Source: a virus. From it: a stretch of DNA of 64,000 bases. The position numbers and the translations under genes were made by a program. The stretch lies in the IMG/VR virus record IMGVR_UViG_3300030103_004875; one strand, 5' to 3'. Positions 48,774 through 59,034 of the stretch are shown here, in pieces. How positions within the stretch are numbered: position 1 is the stretch's first letter; each line of letters starts with the position of its first letter. The notes beneath the pieces were generated by a model that did not search any database, was not told the origin of the DNA, and worked only from the letters and a program-made list of their open reading frames with translations.

Positions 48774-50360
48774 ATGACTGTCCCGTACCAACGAAATGAT
48801 TATGTAATTAATCACGAGGTGAATGTCTGTTTCGAGGATCTACTCGAAATGACACCCGATGAGTTTCGAGTGTGGGTTGGCAAAATGCGAGATGTACTGA
48901 GGCACTCTTGGGACACCTATGACTGCCCTCCTCGAACTGGCAAACCAGAGTCCAAGATTATTGAAAACTGGAACAAACTAGAAACCTATCCAGTTCATGA
49001 ATTTGAACACGATGACGAATTGAGTGACACGCCGAAAGATGTGATTATCAATAAGTCTCGTGGCGGTTCTGAGGTTGATCAATTCTTTGAGAATATGTTC
49101 AGGACTCGGATTAATTATACCGATAAAGATAATGGGTACTCTATCTACGATTTGATTGCAGATCCCGATAGACTCGATCAGGTGTACAAGGGTTCCCTCA
49201 GACACTTCAGACGGGATTCTTTTTACAACTACGCACTATCTGCTATCAAGAACAGTAAAAAGTATTCAGTCGTATCTGTGGACTCTGGTGAAGAATGGAT
49301 TCGTGTGTTTTTCGAACAGCCCTCTCTATTCGGAGATCACGACTTTATATTGGAGCAGGTGAAACTTCGTGACGGACTCAATTCTGGTTACTTTCAACTG
49401 GAACAATCAGAAATTCTACAACTGACAAAGGATCAAGTTCAGAAATTTAAGGATTGTGGTTGGTTACAGTATCGTCATCATTCTACATTCGATATCGAGA
49501 ATATGCCCGATGATCGTGTGTATTCTATTCGCCTCTACACAAAGGGAAAGAAACTGTTCCCTGCTTGCTTTAAGGCTTTTAGAATTGGATATATTCAACC
49601 AGCAGTTAATTTTCCTCCCATGACGGCTAAATACTTATATGAAAGATTTACTGAACACATCTCCGACAAAACAGATTTGCGAATCTATGATCCGAGTTCT
49701 GGTTGGGGTGGCCGTATCCTTGGCGCTATGTCTGTCCGTGACGATCGCCATATTCGTTACATTGGCACTGATCCCAATCCTGATAATTTCTTTGATGATG
49801 GGACTTCTAAATACTCTATGGTTGCGGATTTTTACAACACCAAAACCACAAGATCCAATTCTTTCTTCTCCGACACAAATGAATACGAAGTATATCAACT
49901 AGGATCAGAAGAGGTTCGTAATGATCCTGATTTCCAGAGACATAGAGGAAAGGTGGATCTAATATTCACCTCTCCGCCATACTTCAATAGAGAAGCGTAT
50001 AGCGAAGATGAGAACCAGTCATACAAGAAGTATGGTTCTACTTATGAATCGTGGAGAGACGGGTTCCTGCGTCCTACGCTGGAGACCTGTGCGGAGTGGT
50101 TGAGGCCGGGAAGATACCTGCTATGGAACATAGCAGACATTCTGGTAAAGGGAGATTATCTTCCACTAGAAGAGGATTCACAAAAAATCCTCGAAGAAAT
50201 GGGCTTGGAGTATAAATATAAATTGAAAATGGCATTAGAAGGAATGCCCGGACAAAATAGAGTAGGGGAAGATGGAAAGCCTCTTTGTAAGAATTATTGT
50301 AAAGTGAATGGAAAACATTTAAAATATGAACCAGTTTATGTTTTTTGGAAACCACAATGA
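48774..50360 (+). CDS. DNA amino-methyltransferase (N4-C or N6-A type)
   Basis: YDPSSGWGGR SAM-binding motif, YIGTDPN, FTSPPYF catalytic motif. Confidence 0.8.
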   Translation: MTVPYQRNDYVINHEVNVCFEDLLEMTPDEFRVWVGKMRDVLRHSWDTYDCPPRTGKPESKIIENWNKLETYPVHEFEHDDELSDTPKDVIINKSRGGSEVDQFFENMFRTRINYTDKDNGYSIYDLIADPDRLDQVYKGSLRHFRRDSFYNYALSAIKNSKKYSVVSVDSGEEWIRVFFEQPSLFGDHDFILEQVKLRDGLNSGYFQLEQSEILQLTKDQVQKFKDCGWLQYRHHSTFDIENMPDDRVYSIRLYTKGKKLFPACFKAFRIGYIQPAVNFPPMTAKYLYERFTEHISDKTDLRIYDPSSGWGGRILGAMSVRDDRHIRYIGTDPNPDNFFDDGTSKYSMVADFYNTKTTRSNSFFSDTNEYEVYQLGSEEVRNDPDFQRHRGKVDLIFTSPPYFNREAYSEDENQSYKKYGSTYESWRDGFLRPTLETCAEWLRPGRYLLWNIADILVKGDYLPLEEDSQKILEEMGLEYKYKLKMALEGMPGQNRVGEDGKPLCKNYCKVNGKHLKYEPVYVFWKPQ

Positions 50361-51052
50361 ATAGCAGCGAAGAACTAGGATATCGTTTAGAGTCAATGTT
50401 TGATGAGTATCTAACCAAGATACAAAATAATGAATCTAGTAGAAAGCCTCGATTCTCTAATATTATAGATTCATACAAGACTCCGAAGAAAACTCAAAAA
50501 GAATTGTTGGAGATATTTTCTCGCAATCAAGATGAGATTCGTTGTGCTATTAGGGGAACAGATCCTCAATGCTCCGAGGCATGGTCTTTTCTGTCTACCA
50601 CTAAACTTATCAAAATCGATGAGTATCTCACTTTATTGGTGGATGTTCTAGAGAAAAATAGTAAGATTACACGAAGAAAAAAGAAAATTAATCCTTCTAA
50701 ACTGATTAAAAATTTGAAGTTTATGAAGGAAGACAGTAAGTTAAATATTAAGTCTGTCGATCCAATAAATATAGTTGGTGCGAAGTGTTGTATTCTATAT
50801 CATAAGAAAAACAATAGAATTGTTTTTCTTGAGAGTGAAGAGGGATTCACCGTATCAGGCACAACGATCAAGAACTTTAATACAGAAACTTCAGTCATGA
50901 AAGCCATACGAAACAACAAACAAATCCTCTCTGCAATAGTAAACGGCACTCCCCTCTCTGCAAAAAGGCAGATTGATTCTTTAAAATCTAAGTCAATTCC
51001 GGCAGTTGGAAGAACAAACGATGAAACGATTATATTGCGGGTGAGTCCATGA
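50357..51052 (+). CDS. Basic hypothetical protein
   Basis: ATG overlaps the methyltransferase stop; SVDPINIVGA..GFTVSGTTIKNF..GRTN pattern resembles conserved T4-like hypotheticals. Confidence 0.7.
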   Translation: MNSSEELGYRLESMFDEYLTKIQNNESSRKPRFSNIIDSYKTPKKTQKELLEIFSRNQDEIRCAIRGTDPQCSEAWSFLSTTKLIKIDEYLTLLVDVLEKNSKITRRKKKINPSKLIKNLKFMKEDSKLNIKSVDPINIVGAKCCILYHKKNNRIVFLESEEGFTVSGTTIKNFNTETSVMKAIRNNKQILSAIVNGTPLSAKRQIDSLKSKSIPAVGRTNDETIILRVSP

Positions 51053-51351
51053 ACGAGAATATTGATTCATTTGTTATTCGCAGAGAATATCAAAAGGGTG
51101 ATCATTATGACTATGGGGATCTTGTTGAATATAATGGAAGTTCATTTTTGGCTTTGCAGTCCGGTAAACTGCCACCACCACTAGTCAACACTGAACTTTG
51201 GTATAGATTAAGTTCCATGACAAAATGTTATAGATCAGAAACCGCACCTAAATTTTCAGAAGAAGGTGATAAATGGTTGGACCCAACCGCTGGTGTATTG
51301 TATACTAGAGTAAAGCAGACAAACGGTGTCATGTTTTGGATTGAATTTTAG
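51049..51351 (+). CDS. Small protein with a CBM5/12-like module
   Basis: YQKGDHYDYGDLVEYNGSSFLALQ..PP....W; GDKWLD tail-like motif. Confidence 0.5.
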   Translation: MNENIDSFVIRREYQKGDHYDYGDLVEYNGSSFLALQSGKLPPPLVNTELWYRLSSMTKCYRSETAPKFSEEGDKWLDPTAGVLYTRVKQTNGVMFWIEF

Positions 51352-51380
51352 TAACTTTTTTTTTATTTTTGGATTAAACT

Positions 51381-52229
51381 TTGATACTTCTTGATAATAA
51401 TCAAATACTTCTTGCCAATATTTTTCAGACTATGAAACAGGTGGATACTATTGATGAAAATATGCTAAGGCATATGGTTCTCAACACATACAGAATGTAT
51501 AGATCCATGTTCAAAGACGAGTATGGAGAACTTGTAATCTGCCATGACTCCAGCAATTGTTGGAGAAAAGACCTATTTTCTTACTATAAGCAAAATAGGA
51601 AGACGAAGCAAGATGAATCTGATGTTGATTGGAAGAGTATATATGATGCTCTCCATGAAATTCGTACAGAAATACAACACAATTTCCCGTACAAGAATAT
51701 TAAAGTTGACAGAGCAGAGGCTGACGACATCATCGCGGTTATTTGTAAAGAGTATCATTCAAAAGAGAAAATTATAATTCTTTCTAATGATAAAGACTTC
51801 AAACAACTACAAAAATTTGAAAATGTTAGGCAATATTCCTGTATCAAGAAAGATTATCTCATATGTGATGATCCTGATTTTTTTCTAGTTGATCATATTA
51901 TTAGGGGGGATACCTCTGATGGTATCCCAAATATCATGTCAGATGATGATACATTTGTAGTAAAAACTAAAAGACAAAAAAGATTAACTAAAGCCGTTAT
52001 TTCTGATATTTTAGAAACGTATAACACAACTGGATCACCTCCAGAATATTGCTCGGCGGGCTGGGATAGGAATGAAAAATTAATTGACTTGGATTCTGTA
52101 CCTGATACAATACAGAAAGAAATTATTAACCAATACGAAAATAATTCTCACGGAGACAGATCCAAAATTCTTAACTATATGATAGACAATAGACTTAAAA
52201 ATCTTATAGAGAATCTTGGAGATTTCTGA
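51381..52229 (+). CDS. rnh: T4-type RNase H (5'-3' exonuclease)
   Basis: YYKQNRK, EADDIIA, SNDKDFKQL, GDTSDGIPN. Confidence 0.95.
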   Translation: MILLDNNQILLANIFQTMKQVDTIDENMLRHMVLNTYRMYRSMFKDEYGELVICHDSSNCWRKDLFSYYKQNRKTKQDESDVDWKSIYDALHEIRTEIQHNFPYKNIKVDRAEADDIIAVICKEYHSKEKIIILSNDKDFKQLQKFENVRQYSCIKKDYLICDDPDFFLVDHIIRGDTSDGIPNIMSDDDTFVVKTKRQKRLTKAVISDILETYNTTGSPPEYCSAGWDRNEKLIDLDSVPDTIQKEIINQYENNSHGDRSKILNYMIDNRLKNLIENLGDF

Positions 52230-52232
52230 AAA

Positions 52233-52400
52233 ATGAAAAGAAGTAATAATAAAACAGATGAGTCGGAGGCTTACCGTAAAAGAAAAGAACGATCATATAA
52301 AAAAGCCTCTCGAAAAAAAGATAAGAGTTACCTAAAAAATATTAAAAAGGGTAATATGGATTATGATGATTATATGGAAAAAATGGAGGATCAATTTTGA
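52233..52400 (+). CDS. 55-aa basic/acidic small protein
   Basis: Not in the track; ATG 52233 with GGAG upstream; stop overlaps the gp45 ATG. Confidence 0.6.
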   Translation: MKRSNNKTDESEAYRKRKERSYKKASRKKDKSYLKNIKKGNMDYDDYMEKMEDQF

Positions 52401-53092
52401 TGGTAAGTGAAGCAACAAAACTCAGCAAGGAAACACTTGCGGTACTTAAGAATTTTTCTAGTTTAAATTCTAACATTTTAGTACAGGAGGGCAATGTTAT
52501 TGAAACTATTACCCCCACTAAAAATGTTATGGCTAGAGCAGTAGTTGATGAAGAGTTTTCTACTAAGTTTGGTATTTGGGATCTTAGTAAGTTTTTATCT
52601 GTGGTTTCGATGTTTGATTCTCCAGAATTTACTTTCGATGATAAGTATGTGCTGATTGGTGACGGGAAGAAGAGTTCGGTAAAGTATCATTATTGTGAAC
52701 CATCTTTACTTACGGTTCCGACTAAACAGGTAAATATGCCAGATACTGCGTTGACAATTGACATGACAAATTTTATGTTTAACGAACTAACAAAGGCTTC
52801 TTCTGTTCTACAGGTTCAGGACCTAAGAATTTGTCCGAGTGATGACGGTTCGGAGATACTTGGTATTGTTCATGATGTGAATGATCCTACTAGTAATCAT
52901 TATTCGATCTCTCTGGGAGAAAACACAGTTGATGCCTCATATCAGTTTGATTTTAAGATCAATCTTTTGCGTCTGTTTCCCGGAAATTATACGGTAGATT
53001 TTACTGAAACTGTTATCAGTAAGTTTACTCATAGTGATTTTGATCTTACTTACTGGATTGCACTAGAAACCTCTAGCAAATTTGATGGGTGA
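52400..53092 (+). CDS. gp45: Sliding clamp
   Basis: LSKETLAVLKNFSSLNSNI, FGIWDL, YWIALE. Confidence 0.95.
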   Translation: MVSEATKLSKETLAVLKNFSSLNSNILVQEGNVIETITPTKNVMARAVVDEEFSTKFGIWDLSKFLSVVSMFDSPEFTFDDKYVLIGDGKKSSVKYHYCEPSLLTVPTKQVNMPDTALTIDMTNFMFNELTKASSVLQVQDLRICPSDDGSEILGIVHDVNDPTSNHYSISLGENTVDASYQFDFKINLLRLFPGNYTVDFTETVISKFTHSDFDLTYWIALETSSKFDG

Positions 53093-53101
53093 TTATATTA
53101 A

Positions 53102-54040
53102 ATGATTGATCATGGATTGTTTGTCGAAAAATATCGACCAAAGACAATTGAAGATTGTATACTTCCGCAAAGTTTGAAGGATACTTTGTCTGGGATTATT
53201 AAGTCTGGCCAGTCTCAAAATTTACTACTTTACGGTGGAGCAGGAGTTGGCAAGACTACAGTTGCTCGTGCAGTTTGTAATGAGTTAAATGCAGATTATA
53301 TACTCATAAACTGTTCAGAGGAGGGTAACATTGACACTCTTCGAACAAAGATTCGTCAGTTTGCAAGCACTGTCTCGCTGAATGGTGGAAGTAAAATTGT
53401 TATTCTAGACGAATTTGATTATAGTAATGCACAAAGTATTCAACCAGCACTTCGTGGTGCAATTGAAGAGTTCTCTAAGAACTGTAGATTTATAATTACA
53501 TGTAACTATAAGAATAGGATTATATCTCCTATTCATTCCAGATGTACTAATATTGAGTTTAAAATTCCAGCAAAAGAGAAGCCTGGAATTGCAATTCAAA
53601 TCCTTTCGAGACTAGAAGAGATTTTAAGCACGGAGAAAATACCGTATGAGAAGTCTGTTCTTGTTAGTCTAATTACGAAATACTTCCCAGATATTCGAAG
53701 GATTCTTAATGAACTCCAGAGATATTCTGTATCTGGTCTTATTGATGTTGGTATTCTTTCTTCCATAGGGGAGTTGCAAGTAAAGGATCTTGTATCTGCC
53801 ATGAAGAATCGAGACTTTGCTTCCTGTAGAAAATGGGTTGCAGAAAACATAGATAATTCGCAGACGGAACTTTTTCGTAAGATTTATGATGGATTGAATG
53901 AACATATGAAGCCGTCTTCAATTCCTCAAGCAATTCTTATTATTGCCGAGTATCAATACAAGTCTGCATTCGTTGCAGATCAAGAAATTAACCTTACCGC
54001 GTGTATCGTGGAACTTATGATGGAGTGTGAATTTAAATGA
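53102..54040 (+). CDS. gp44: Clamp loader large subunit
   Basis: VEKYRP, GVGKTT, ILDEFD, HSRC. Confidence 0.97.
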   Translation: MIDHGLFVEKYRPKTIEDCILPQSLKDTLSGIIKSGQSQNLLLYGGAGVGKTTVARAVCNELNADYILINCSEEGNIDTLRTKIRQFASTVSLNGGSKIVILDEFDYSNAQSIQPALRGAIEEFSKNCRFIITCNYKNRIISPIHSRCTNIEFKIPAKEKPGIAIQILSRLEEILSTEKIPYEKSVLVSLITKYFPDIRRILNELQRYSVSGLIDVGILSSIGELQVKDLVSAMKNRDFASCRKWVAENIDNSQTELFRKIYDGLNEHMKPSSIPQAILIIAEYQYKSAFVADQEINLTACIVELMMECEFK

Positions 54041-54351
54041 AAAATTTTATGGCGCAGGGAGACTTCCTGTTGGTAGAAAAAATTGATTATGAAGAAGAGA
54101 GAACTACGGATTCTGGTATTATTTTTAAAACCAGCCAAGTTCTAGATACCACCTTTGCAGAGGCAAAGATTATTAGTATGGGCCCCGGAGTTCCCGGAGT
54201 GGATGGAAAAATATCCAATCATATTGATTATTCTGTTGGTGATATTATTCTTTATAATGCAGCCGATCGTATTGGAGTGCATAGCGATTTCGATGTTATT
54301 AGACGATCTAATATTATAGCAGTGGTTGGAAAATCTGATGAAACTGACTGA
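54037..54351 (+). CDS. groES: GroES-like co-chaperonin
   Basis: GDFLLV, TDSGIIF mobile loop, ISMGPG, VGDIILY, IIAVV. Confidence 0.8.
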   Translation: MKNFMAQGDFLLVEKIDYEEERTTDSGIIFKTSQVLDTTFAEAKIISMGPGVPGVDGKISNHIDYSVGDIILYNAADRIGVHSDFDVIRRSNIIAVVGKSDETD

Positions 54352-54715
54352 GTATCTAAACTCAATCAATTATGAGAAGAATAATATATTTCTCAATGAT
54401 CCAGAATTAGCAGAAAAAAACTATCTTCCTTATGTCATAAACAGGTGTTTGTCCTATTTTACGGACACAATTTTACATGCAAATCAGATGAATATGCATT
54501 CTGATCTTAGTGGTAAAATGCAATATGATTACTACATGGAAACCATCAGAAAGAGAAAGAGATTCAGTAAATGGATTAAAAATGAGATAACTGATGACCT
54601 TCAGTTGGTAATGGATGAATTTAAATGTTCTGCTCCAAAAGCAAAAAACATACTACCTCTACTGTCCGATGAGTATATCAGCCATCTAAAGGACCTAAAT
54701 GTACAGAAAACATAA
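54338..54715 (+). CDS. gp62: Clamp loader small subunit
   Basis: YLNSIN, PYVINRCLS, RKRKRFSKW. Confidence 0.93.
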   Translation: MKLTEYLNSINYEKNNIFLNDPELAEKNYLPYVINRCLSYFTDTILHANQMNMHSDLSGKMQYDYYMETIRKRKRFSKWIKNEITDDLQLVMDEFKCSAPKAKNILPLLSDEYISHLKDLNVQKT

Positions 54716-54718
54716 ATA
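54711..54718 (+). promoter_or_regulatory. Putative late promoter CATAAATA upstream of regA and the glycan cluster
   Basis: Same octamer as before the compact gp18. Confidence 0.5.
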
Positions 54719-54749
54719 TTTGTAAAATGTACTCTTAGTGAGGTGATTT

Positions 54750-55151
54750 ATGGAAACTGAGGATGTCTTTAACGGACTGGGTATTGAAGTTCGACTGGAA
54801 GAAGAAGATGATTTTTTAATGGTTAAGGAGACATTAACTCGAATGGGTGTCTCCTCCAGAAAAGAAAATAAATTATTCCAATCATGTCATATTCTTCATA
54901 AACGTGGAAGATATGCCATTATGCATTTCAAGGAACTATTCATTCTGGATGGATTGGAAAGTGATATATCGGAATCGGATGTTGGACGTAGGAATTTAAT
55001 AGCCAAACTGGTAGATGAATGGGAACTCTGTGAAATCTTAAATCCCGAAAAAATCAAAGATCCAATTGCTAGTATGGGACAGATTAAAATAATCCCCCAT
55101 AAAGATAAAAAGGATTGGGAACTGATACCTAAATACCATATTGGAAAGTAA
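54750..55151 (+). CDS. regA: Translational repressor
   Basis: VKETLTRMG, QSCHILHKRGRY, HFKELF, WELIPKY. Confidence 0.97.
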   Translation: METEDVFNGLGIEVRLEEEDDFLMVKETLTRMGVSSRKENKLFQSCHILHKRGRYAIMHFKELFILDGLESDISESDVGRRNLIAKLVDEWELCEILNPEKIKDPIASMGQIKIIPHKDKKDWELIPKYHIGK

Positions 55152-55157
55152 TTTATA

Positions 55158-55790
55158 ATGACAAAAGTGATTTCTTTTTATTCTGATGTAAATGAGGATA
55201 AATACTACACAAAGTGTGCGGATAGACTTCGGGAAATGTCTTCCCGTTTTTCTCTAGACTTACACCTAGAGGAAAAGGAATCTCTGGGTTCCTATAGAAA
55301 TAATTGTTTATCGAAACCAAAGTTTATTAAAGATAAACTGGAAGAACTCAAACAACCACTGGTGTGGACTGATGTTGATACAGTTTTTAGGCAATATCCA
55401 CAGGCATTTGATATGGTTCCGGAACATGTTGATGTTGCTTTTTCATCCTCATCTCCTGATCTCAGAGGAATGAAGGCCTCTCCTTTGTATTTTAATTATA
55501 CGGATGGGGCTTTATTTTTCTTGGACGAATGGATAAATCGATCGGAACAGGTTTTATTGGATATGGATGTAAACTTTGATCACGAAGTTTTATTTGGAAT
55601 ATTTGGTTCTTGCCAGGAAATGGTGAAGTATGGCGTATTCCCACCAACATACTGTGTATGGCCGCAGGATGTGAATGAATATACAGTAATTGAGATGGGA
55701 ATGTCGGACGTTCCTGATAAGATAGAAGTTTTAAAGAAAATGGGTATAGATGGTAACCTTTTAGCAATACAAACAGTGGGAATACTATGA
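55158..55790 (+). CDS. Putative GT-A glycosyltransferase (nucleotide-diphospho-sugar transferase-like)
   Basis: KPKFI..LVWTDVD DxD motif. Confidence 0.65.
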   Translation: MTKVISFYSDVNEDKYYTKCADRLREMSSRFSLDLHLEEKESLGSYRNNCLSKPKFIKDKLEELKQPLVWTDVDTVFRQYPQAFDMVPEHVDVAFSSSSPDLRGMKASPLYFNYTDGALFFLDEWINRSEQVLLDMDVNFDHEVLFGIFGSCQEMVKYGVFPPTYCVWPQDVNEYTVIEMGMSDVPDKIEVLKKMGIDGNLLAIQTVGIL

Positions 55791-56635
55791 AAAAACTACA
55801 GTGTGTGGGTGCTGGATTCAATCCAGATCAATCTTCTAATTCAAATTTAAAACCAAAAACATTTGAATGGTCAAATGAACATCAAGATATTCAAATCTTG
55901 ATCGATAACTCTATTCTATATGCAAACAAAATAGATAAGAGATTTGATCAGAAGAGATATGGATGGGTGTGTGAGTCATCAGCAATAGTTCCTCAACTTG
56001 CACAATCACTGGAGGACTTCTATGAAGTTATTATAGAAGAAGGTGAGTTCGAGGCTATATTTACTAATAATCAAAAATTGTTAGGTCTTGATGATCGTTT
56101 CATTTATAATTCAACTGGTAGTAATTTTCCGTGGATTCCTGTAGAGTCATGGGGAATGCACGACAAAATAAAATTATGTTCTATGGTTGCTTCTCCTAAA
56201 TTGGCATGTCCCGGACATCAATATAGGCATGAAATTGCTTCTAAGTTTAAAAATAAATTAGATTTATTTGGGGGTGCATGTGACTCTCCCCGAATAGGTA
56301 TTTCTGATGATTTAAATTTGAAATGGAATGATAAACGATCTGCTATATGTCCATATATGTTCTCGGTAGTAATGGAGAACGAATCTGTTCCAAATTATTA
56401 TACAGAAAAGGTGACAGATTGTTTTGCGGTAGGAACGGTTCCCATTTACTGGGGTGCAACGAACATTGGACATCGATTTGATGATCGTGGAATTATATCA
56501 TTAGATGATAATTTTGATATAGACTCTTTGAGTGCGGACTTATATGAATCTATGAAACCTTATATTCAAAATAATTTAGAGACAGTACGATCTTTAGAAA
56601 TGGCTGATGATGAACTTGCAAACAAAATCCTATAA
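55787..56635 (+). CDS. GT10 (alpha-1,3-fucosyltransferase-like) glycosyltransferase
   Basis: YMFSVVMEN..YYTEKVTDCF..GTVPIYWG. Confidence 0.8.
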   Translation: MKKLQCVGAGFNPDQSSNSNLKPKTFEWSNEHQDIQILIDNSILYANKIDKRFDQKRYGWVCESSAIVPQLAQSLEDFYEVIIEEGEFEAIFTNNQKLLGLDDRFIYNSTGSNFPWIPVESWGMHDKIKLCSMVASPKLACPGHQYRHEIASKFKNKLDLFGGACDSPRIGISDDLNLKWNDKRSAICPYMFSVVMENESVPNYYTEKVTDCFAVGTVPIYWGATNIGHRFDDRGIISLDDNFDIDSLSADLYESMKPYIQNNLETVRSLEMADDELANKIL

Positions 56636-57497
56636 ACCTACAATAAAGAACGGTGATTATCTTTTTTCTGATGAATTAACATTTCCATTTCCGGTGGAAA
56701 TACATTTTACTCGTATGGAGTCATTCGATAATCCGAATGCTGTCAAAGTTCTTGTGTTGTCAAATGAATCTATGATGTCACCCAATCGATCTACCATAAG
56801 TGAGGTCATTGATAATCATAAAAAGTATGATCTTATTTTAGGAACCGATGATGAAATTATTGTTTTCTGTGAGAATGCCAAAAAGTTTCCGTATGGTAGC
56901 ACTTGGTTAAATAGAGGAAACATAAAACACCCTGATGGATTAGGTAGATATGAAGATAATAGTCCATCTTTTGATGGTATTACTAAAGATTTTAGTGTAA
57001 GTTTTCTTGCTTCTTGGTACAATCTAAATCGACCTGGTTACGCATTAAGGCAACAAGTTTGGAATAGAAAAGAAGAGATACCTATAGCAAGAAATTTTTA
57101 TACCAGTGTAAAGTGTTTTTCAAATGCACCCACTCCTCTACCCGGAGGGGAGAAAGAGGTACTATTCGATTCTCAATATCACATTTGTATAGAAAATCAT
57201 GCAATAGGAAACTACTTCACAGAAAAACTGATTGATTCTTTTCTTACATTGAGCATTCCAATTTATTGGGGATGTACCAATATAGAGGATTATTTTGATG
57301 TTGACGGAATGATTTTATTTGATACAATAGATGATCTATTAGAGAAACTTAACGATATAACTCCAGAACATTATTTCAATAAACTTGATGTCATGAAAGA
57401 AAACAAAAAACGAGCGATAGAGTATGCCAACTTTGATGAAAGAATTTTTAAGGAAATAATAAAGCATGATCGTACAAATAACAATGACCCGAAATGA
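56607..57497 (+). CDS. Second GT10-like glycosyltransferase
   Basis: YHICIEN..YFTEKLIDSF..IPIYWG. Confidence 0.8.
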   Translation: MMNLQTKSYKPTIKNGDYLFSDELTFPFPVEIHFTRMESFDNPNAVKVLVLSNESMMSPNRSTISEVIDNHKKYDLILGTDDEIIVFCENAKKFPYGSTWLNRGNIKHPDGLGRYEDNSPSFDGITKDFSVSFLASWYNLNRPGYALRQQVWNRKEEIPIARNFYTSVKCFSNAPTPLPGGEKEVLFDSQYHICIENHAIGNYFTEKLIDSFLTLSIPIYWGCTNIEDYFDVDGMILFDTIDDLLEKLNDITPEHYFNKLDVMKENKKRAIEYANFDERIFKEIIKHDRTNNNDPK

Positions 57498-58308
57498 ATT
57501 GTTTCTTATCAAAGAAATGATGCCTATTTGGCGGAAGTATGCAGATGCTTTTGTTTTTATGGATGATTGTTCCACTGACGGAACTAGTGAGTGGTTAGAA
57601 GAACATAAAGATGAGTTTAATATTGTGTCTGTTCTTAAAACCGAGGCTGCTGGAGATGCCACACATAAAGAATCAAATGTGAGACAGGCTTTGTTTGATG
57701 AGGCATTTAAGCATTCTGGTAATATTATTTGTTTGGACAGTGACGAGTATCTAGATGGTCACATAAGCAAGGAACAATTAGAGGAAGCACTTGAAAATAA
57801 TAAAGATACTCTACTGTATTGTCCGTGGATTCAGTATACCGGAAAGAATAGAGTAAGAGTTGATGGACCTTGGAAAAATAACTTCAAAGACAGAATATCA
57901 AGTTACTCCACTAGACCTGAGTTTAAAAAAGCGGAGATGCACTCCGAACATCTTCCCCATCCGGGTAGACATGGTGTTGTCAATTCTCCCGGTTTATTTA
58001 TAGCACATTTACAATGGTTAGACAAACCAACTGTGGCTGTTAAACAATATTTCTGGAAAGTAACTGATTATGTTAATCATGCTACCTATGGTCATGATGT
58101 TACTCCTCCCTCTGCGTATGACGAATCTGTTGCAAATTTTGATTGGGAATATGTTGACTTCGATTTTGATCTGAAGGTGGATCCTGAGATATATTCTAAA
58201 CAGGATTTGAAAGAAAGTTACAAATATAAGTTCATTAAAGAAAATGTAAAAAAATATAATATTCCAAACCTCAATGATTGGGGAATGAATATTCATGGAG
58301 ATGTATGA
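57466..58308 (+). CDS. GT2-family glycosyltransferase
   Basis: TRNE, DDCSTDGT, LDSDE. Confidence 0.8.
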   Translation: MIVQITMTRNELFLIKEMMPIWRKYADAFVFMDDCSTDGTSEWLEEHKDEFNIVSVLKTEAAGDATHKESNVRQALFDEAFKHSGNIICLDSDEYLDGHISKEQLEEALENNKDTLLYCPWIQYTGKNRVRVDGPWKNNFKDRISSYSTRPEFKKAEMHSEHLPHPGRHGVVNSPGLFIAHLQWLDKPTVAVKQYFWKVTDYVNHATYGHDVTPPSAYDESVANFDWEYVDFDFDLKVDPEIYSKQDLKESYKYKFIKENVKKYNIPNLNDWGMNIHGDV

Positions 58309-59017
58309 TATGGTAACCGAAACGTGTAAAATTAATAATTTTAATAAGGACTATTTAAAGTATCTGTTTCCCCAGAGAACCAGACTTACTACAGAATATG
58401 CCCTTACCGAAGATTCTCCCCAAGAGGAAGTTGACGCGGCATTGACAAAGATGAATCAAACAGACTATGATATGATTAAGGATTATCTTCCACAACTCTG
58501 TGAAAATTCTTTGGACATTGGTTGTGGCTTGAGTTTGATTGATGTGGCAATTTACAATCATTATCCTGATAATTATTATCCAAAGAGTAGGGTTCTTGAT
58601 ATTTTTCTTTTGGATAAAACCGAACTCGATACTACAAAGATTTCTGGGTTCAATGAGGAGTATAGAGGATATAACAGCATGAGTGCTGCTCGTGAGATAA
58701 TGACCGAAAACGGAGTTCCTGATGAAAAAATCCACACGTTTGAAGTTGATGAGCATGATGAATTATATGAAAAGAAATTTCATCTCATAACTTCACTCTT
58801 GTCATGTGGTTGGCATTATAATGTTGATACCTATATGGATTTGTTTGAGAAAACTTTACACCCCGAAGGGCGCATCATTATTGATATTAGACATGATACT
58901 GGACAAGTTGAAAAAATGAAGTCTAAATTTAAATTGGTTAAACAAATTTATAATCACGCCGAATCTAAGCATACTGGTGGAAACATCGGAGATCGATACG
59001 TCTTTAAACATAAGTGA
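58295..59017 (+). CDS. Class I SAM-dependent methyltransferase (possibly acting on sugars)
   Basis: LDIGCG motif I; located inside the glycan cluster. Confidence 0.7.
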   Translation: MEMYDMVTETCKINNFNKDYLKYLFPQRTRLTTEYALTEDSPQEEVDAALTKMNQTDYDMIKDYLPQLCENSLDIGCGLSLIDVAIYNHYPDNYYPKSRVLDIFLLDKTELDTTKISGFNEEYRGYNSMSAAREIMTENGVPDEKIHTFEVDEHDELYEKKFHLITSLLSCGWHYNVDTYMDLFEKTLHPEGRIIIDIRHDTGQVEKMKSKFKLVKQIYNHAESKHTGGNIGDRYVFKHK

Positions 59018-59034
59018 AGTGATAATTATACATT

